From Nitrosopumilus sp. (GTDB lineage Archaea > Thermoproteota > Nitrososphaeria > Nitrososphaerales > Nitrosopumilaceae): a stretch of DNA of 64,000 nt. Positions 60,850 through 64,000 of this stretch are shown one piece after another; position 1 is the stretch's first letter, and the number at the start of each line of letters is the position of its first letter. Location of the stretch: the NCBI GenBank assembly GCA_965249555.1, contig OZ252243.1, positions 1,568,001 through 1,632,000 on the forward strand. The letters are read 5' to 3'. The notes under the pieces were generated by a model. That model was not told the origin of the DNA and ran no database searches. It was given only the letters and a program-made list of their open reading frames with translations. The translations under genes were made by a program, and so were the position numbers.

Positions 60850-62170
60850 TGGACTAAAGGATAGTTTGGGTGCTGCAATCAAGAAGATTGTAAAGTCTTC
60901 AGGCATAGATGAGGAACTAATCGAAGAACTCTATAAAGACGTTCAAATGGCATTACTGCAATCAGACGTTAATGTCCGATTAGTTCTTGAAATTACAGAA
61001 CAACTAAAAGAGCGAGCAATAAATGAGACTCCTCCTCCTGGCCTTTCACGAAAAGATCATATTATAAAGATACTTTATGACGAGCTTTCAAAATTACTAG
61101 GAAATGAGTCTGATTTTGAGTTTAAATCTGGTAAACAAAACAAAATAATTTTACTTGGAATCCAAGGCAGTGGTAAAACTACCGTTACTGCAAAACTTGC
61201 CAAATTTCTAACTAGACAGGGATACACAGTTGGGGTTGTAGGTGCTGATACCTATAGGCCTGGGGCACTAGTTCAACTCAAAACGATGTGTGAAAAATCA
61301 AGTGTTGAAGTATATGGTGAAGAAAACAACAAAGATTCTCCTAACATTGTAAAAAATGGATTAAAACATTTTGCAGGACAACCATTAGATGTAGTTCTAA
61401 TTGATACAGCAGGACGACACAAAGAAGAGAAAGACTTGCTTGATGAAATGTCTAGAATTAACAAAGTTGCAGAACCTGATTTAGCATTACTTGTAATTGA
61501 TGGAACCATTGGAGAACAATGTTACAGTCAGGCAGAAGCATTTCACAAAGCTATCCCTGTTGGTGGTGTGGTCATTACAAAATTAGATAGCTCTGCAAAA
61601 GGTGGTGGTGCACTTGCAGCATCTGCAGCTACTGGTGCACAAATAATGTACATTGGTACTGGTGAACGAATTGATGATTTAGAAAAATTTTCTCCTACAC
61701 GATTTGTTGGACGCTTACTTGGAATGGGTGATGTCCAAGCAATACTAGATCTGGCAAAACGGTTAGAAGATGAAGGTGATGATGTAAGAATGAAAAGAAT
61801 CTCTAGTGGAAAAATGAATATGGAGGATTTCTTATTTCAGTTAGAAGAAGTAACTAAAGTAGGCTCGTTGAAAGGAATTCTTGAGAGTATGCCTGGTATG
61901 TCGGGAATGGTAAAAGAAGATCAACTAGATCAGATGGAAGGTAGAGTAGAAAAATGGCGATACATCATTCAAAGTATGACCAAAGCTGAAAAAGCCAATC
62001 CATTGGATTTGCTAAACCCATCAAGAATAAAACGAATAGCTCGTGGTTCTGGATGGCCAGAAGGTGAAGTTAAAGAACTTATCAAAAATTACAAAAACTC
62101 GAAAAATATGATGAAGGCATCCAAAGGACGCCAAATGCAAGGCACACTTAGAAAAATGGGATTAGGGTAG
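60842..62170 (+). CDS. srp54: Signal recognition particle protein SRP54
   Basis: GIQGSGKTT, DTYRPGA, DTAGRH and TKLD..AKGGG motifs, plus a Met-rich M domain with SRI.RIARGSG. Confidence 0.97.
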   Translation: MLDGLKDSLGAAIKKIVKSSGIDEELIEELYKDVQMALLQSDVNVRLVLEITEQLKERAINETPPPGLSRKDHIIKILYDELSKLLGNESDFEFKSGKQNKIILLGIQGSGKTTVTAKLAKFLTRQGYTVGVVGADTYRPGALVQLKTMCEKSSVEVYGEENNKDSPNIVKNGLKHFAGQPLDVVLIDTAGRHKEEKDLLDEMSRINKVAEPDLALLVIDGTIGEQCYSQAEAFHKAIPVGGVVITKLDSSAKGGGALAASAATGAQIMYIGTGERIDDLEKFSPTRFVGRLLGMGDVQAILDLAKRLEDEGDDVRMKRISSGKMNMEDFLFQLEEVTKVGSLKGILESMPGMSGMVKEDQLDQMEGRVEKWRYIIQSMTKAEKANPLDLLNPSRIKRIARGSGWPEGEVKELIKNYKNSKNMMKASKGRQMQGTLRKMGLG

Positions 62171-62196
62171 TTTTAATCACAAAACTCTCTTCTGAA

Positions 62197-63342
62197 ATGT
62201 CTAATTATCAAAAAATTATCCCTATTGTAAATCTAATCTTAAAAAAATATCCATTATGTGACAATTGTTTAGGGAGACTATTTTCAAAACAATTACATCT
62301 TTCATCAAACAAACTTCTTGGCAAAAAACTCAAAAAAAACCTAAACTCTACTCAAAAATGCTATATCTGTAGAAATCTGTTTGACAATCTTAATCATTTT
62401 TTGAAAATGATGATAGATGTTTCATCAAATTATTCTTTTTCTTCATTTAGTGTAGGTGCAATAATTAAACCTTCTATTATTGATAGAGATGATTACATTC
62501 GCTCAAAATACAAACTAAAAGGAATTGATGGCATAAAGACTGATGTATCCCGAGAATTAAGAAAATCATTTTCTAGAAAAACAAAAAAGAATATTGATTT
62601 TTTGGATTCAGATGTAACTTTTACAATAAACTTCAAAGATGAATCTTGCCAATTGCGTTCAAAATCAATTTCTCTTTCTGGAAGATATGTCAAGACTTTA
62701 AGAGGAATTTCACAAAAGCAAAAGTCTTGTTCTAATTGTTTTGGAAAAGGATGCAGAACTTGCAATTTTCATGGTATTTCAGAATTTGATAGTGTTGAAG
62801 GAATAATCTCCAAATTCATCTTTGAAAAATTTGGTGGAACCACTGCTAAATTTACATGGATTGGTGGTGAAGACAAATCTAGCCTCGTTTCAGGTACTGG
62901 AAGACCATTTTTTGTTAAAATTCAAAATCCTCTTAAAAGAAAATTAAAATCAACTTCAATAAAATACCCATTTCTTAAAATAACTAAACTCAAAATTGTT
63001 CGTGAATCTCCAAAAAAACCTCTTAAATTCAATTCATTAATTGAGGTGAAAGTTTCTACAGAAGATAAAATTGATTCAAAAAATCTAAAAAAATTAAAAG
63101 ATCTCCAAAAACGTCCTGTGGTAGTTTATGAAAAATCTGGAAAACGTTCTGAGAAAAAAATCTTCTCTGTAAAGTATAAAAAAAATTCTAGCAATACATT
63201 TACCTTATTTATCAAAGCTGAAGGAGGATTACCCATAAAGCGATTTGTAAATAGTGATGATGTCTCACCTGGAATTTCTCAAATTCTTAATATATCGTGT
63301 ATGTGTCAGGAATTTGATTTTCTTGATATTGAAGTACAATGA
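62197..63342 (+). CDS. pus10: tRNA pseudouridine(54/55) synthase Pus10-like
   Basis: LCDNCLGRLF and CYIC zinc site, GRY.K..RGI.Q, GGED....G.GRPF, EGGL.IK. Located next to srp54. Confidence 0.85.
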   Translation: MSNYQKIIPIVNLILKKYPLCDNCLGRLFSKQLHLSSNKLLGKKLKKNLNSTQKCYICRNLFDNLNHFLKMMIDVSSNYSFSSFSVGAIIKPSIIDRDDYIRSKYKLKGIDGIKTDVSRELRKSFSRKTKKNIDFLDSDVTFTINFKDESCQLRSKSISLSGRYVKTLRGISQKQKSCSNCFGKGCRTCNFHGISEFDSVEGIISKFIFEKFGGTTAKFTWIGGEDKSSLVSGTGRPFFVKIQNPLKRKLKSTSIKYPFLKITKLKIVRESPKKPLKFNSLIEVKVSTEDKIDSKNLKKLKDLQKRPVVVYEKSGKRSEKKIFSVKYKKNSSNTFTLFIKAEGGLPIKRFVNSDDVSPGISQILNISCMCQEFDFLDIEVQ

Positions 63343-63376
63343 TAACAATTAACTAGCGTTAAAATTGTAAAATAAT

Positions 63377-63475
63377 ATGCCAATAAGAAAAAAAGGTAAA
63401 CACAAAAGACGTGCTGATCAAACAGCTGATAGACGTAGAAAAAAGCATGCAAAATCTGGAAAAGCCAGATCCTGA
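63377..63475 (+). CDS. Putative 32-aa highly basic micro-protein
   Basis: MPIRKKGKHKRRADQTADRRRKKHAKSGKARS*, with 15 of 32 residues K/R. Fills the gap between pus10 and the next gene. Confidence 0.55.
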   Translation: MPIRKKGKHKRRADQTADRRRKKHAKSGKARS

Positions 63476-63517
63476 TTAAATCAACATTTTTACATTCAAA
63501 ATTGTCAAGGAGGATCA

Positions 63518-64000
63518 TTGGATCCATTAGTACGTTTGAAAGATGCACATACAAAAGGAATAATTCCTGATGATGTGTATGATCTTACAGTAGAACGTTT
63601 TCCTATTGTTGTTGCAGGAATAAATAGAATTGAAAAAGCTTCAGGAATTAAATTTCCTGTTGCGTATGTAGAACCTTCTCTTGTAATATCCTCTTCAGAT
63701 CCAAATTCTTATGAGTATGGAATTTTGTTTGCAAGAACAATTCCTGTGATGTTTGAAGAAAAATTTCAAGTTGTAATCCAAATTTCTGCACCTCTAGTTG
63801 CTTATGGGCTTAAAGGAACAATTCATGCGATTCTAGCACACGAATTTTTACATTTTCTGGAATTAATAAGAAAAATTTCAAAGATGGAGTTACTTTCAGA
63901 TGAAATTTCTGGAAATTTATTTGAAAATGTCTACAGTGATGAAACTAGGTTGTTTGAACCTAGAATAGTCTTCAAAGATCGTACCTTGTTATCTCATATC
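63518..64000 (+). CDS. Hypothetical protein with HExxH motif, 3'-truncated by window edge
   Basis: TTG start after AAGGAGG. Reads DPLVRLKDAH...HAILAHEFLH... and stays open to the window end. Confidence 0.75.
   Translation, partial: MDPLVRLKDAHTKGIIPDDVYDLTVERFPIVVAGINRIEKASGIKFPVAYVEPSLVISSSDPNSYEYGILFARTIPVMFEEKFQVVIQISAPLVAYGLKGTIHAILAHEFLHFLELIRKISKMELLSDEISGNLFENVYSDETRLFEPRIVFKDRTLLSHI

Overview
Archaeal DNA, most likely from a Nitrosopumilaceae-like thaumarchaeote (inferred from the dph6-srp54-pus10 cluster and thaumarchaeal-style secreted proteins; the many IS elements and giant adhesins would fit a host-associated lineage). 1-38 kb: two tandem paralogous giant surface proteins (>5200 aa, cut by the window edge, and ~7100 aa) built from FN3, Ig-like (Big) and DUF5011-like modules, sharing kb-scale near-identical blocks and a common C-terminal domain. 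38-40.2 kb: a compact module largely missed by the ORF track. A PurD-like ATP-grasp gene with altered substrate motifs sits behind a 50-aa Zn-ribbon gene, facing away across a palindromic operator from a 3-repeat mini-CRISPR whose 36-bp repeat differs from the main array. 41.8-56.5 kb: a type I-B CRISPR-Cas locus (61 repeats; cas4-cas1-cas2-cas6-cas8b-cas7-cas5-cas3). Its cas1 is split by an IS1595-family element, the cas2 C-terminus is replaced by an IS66 element, and the array trailer lies inside a signal-peptide gene remnant. 56.5-60 kb: a collapsed hicB-hicA pair, IS remnants and secreted proteins. 60-64 kb: a box C/D sRNA predicted to methylate tRNA-Met C34, dph6, srp54, pus10, a 32-aa basic micro-ORF and a partial HExxH protein. 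All calls come from reading the sequence by eye; no database searches were run.
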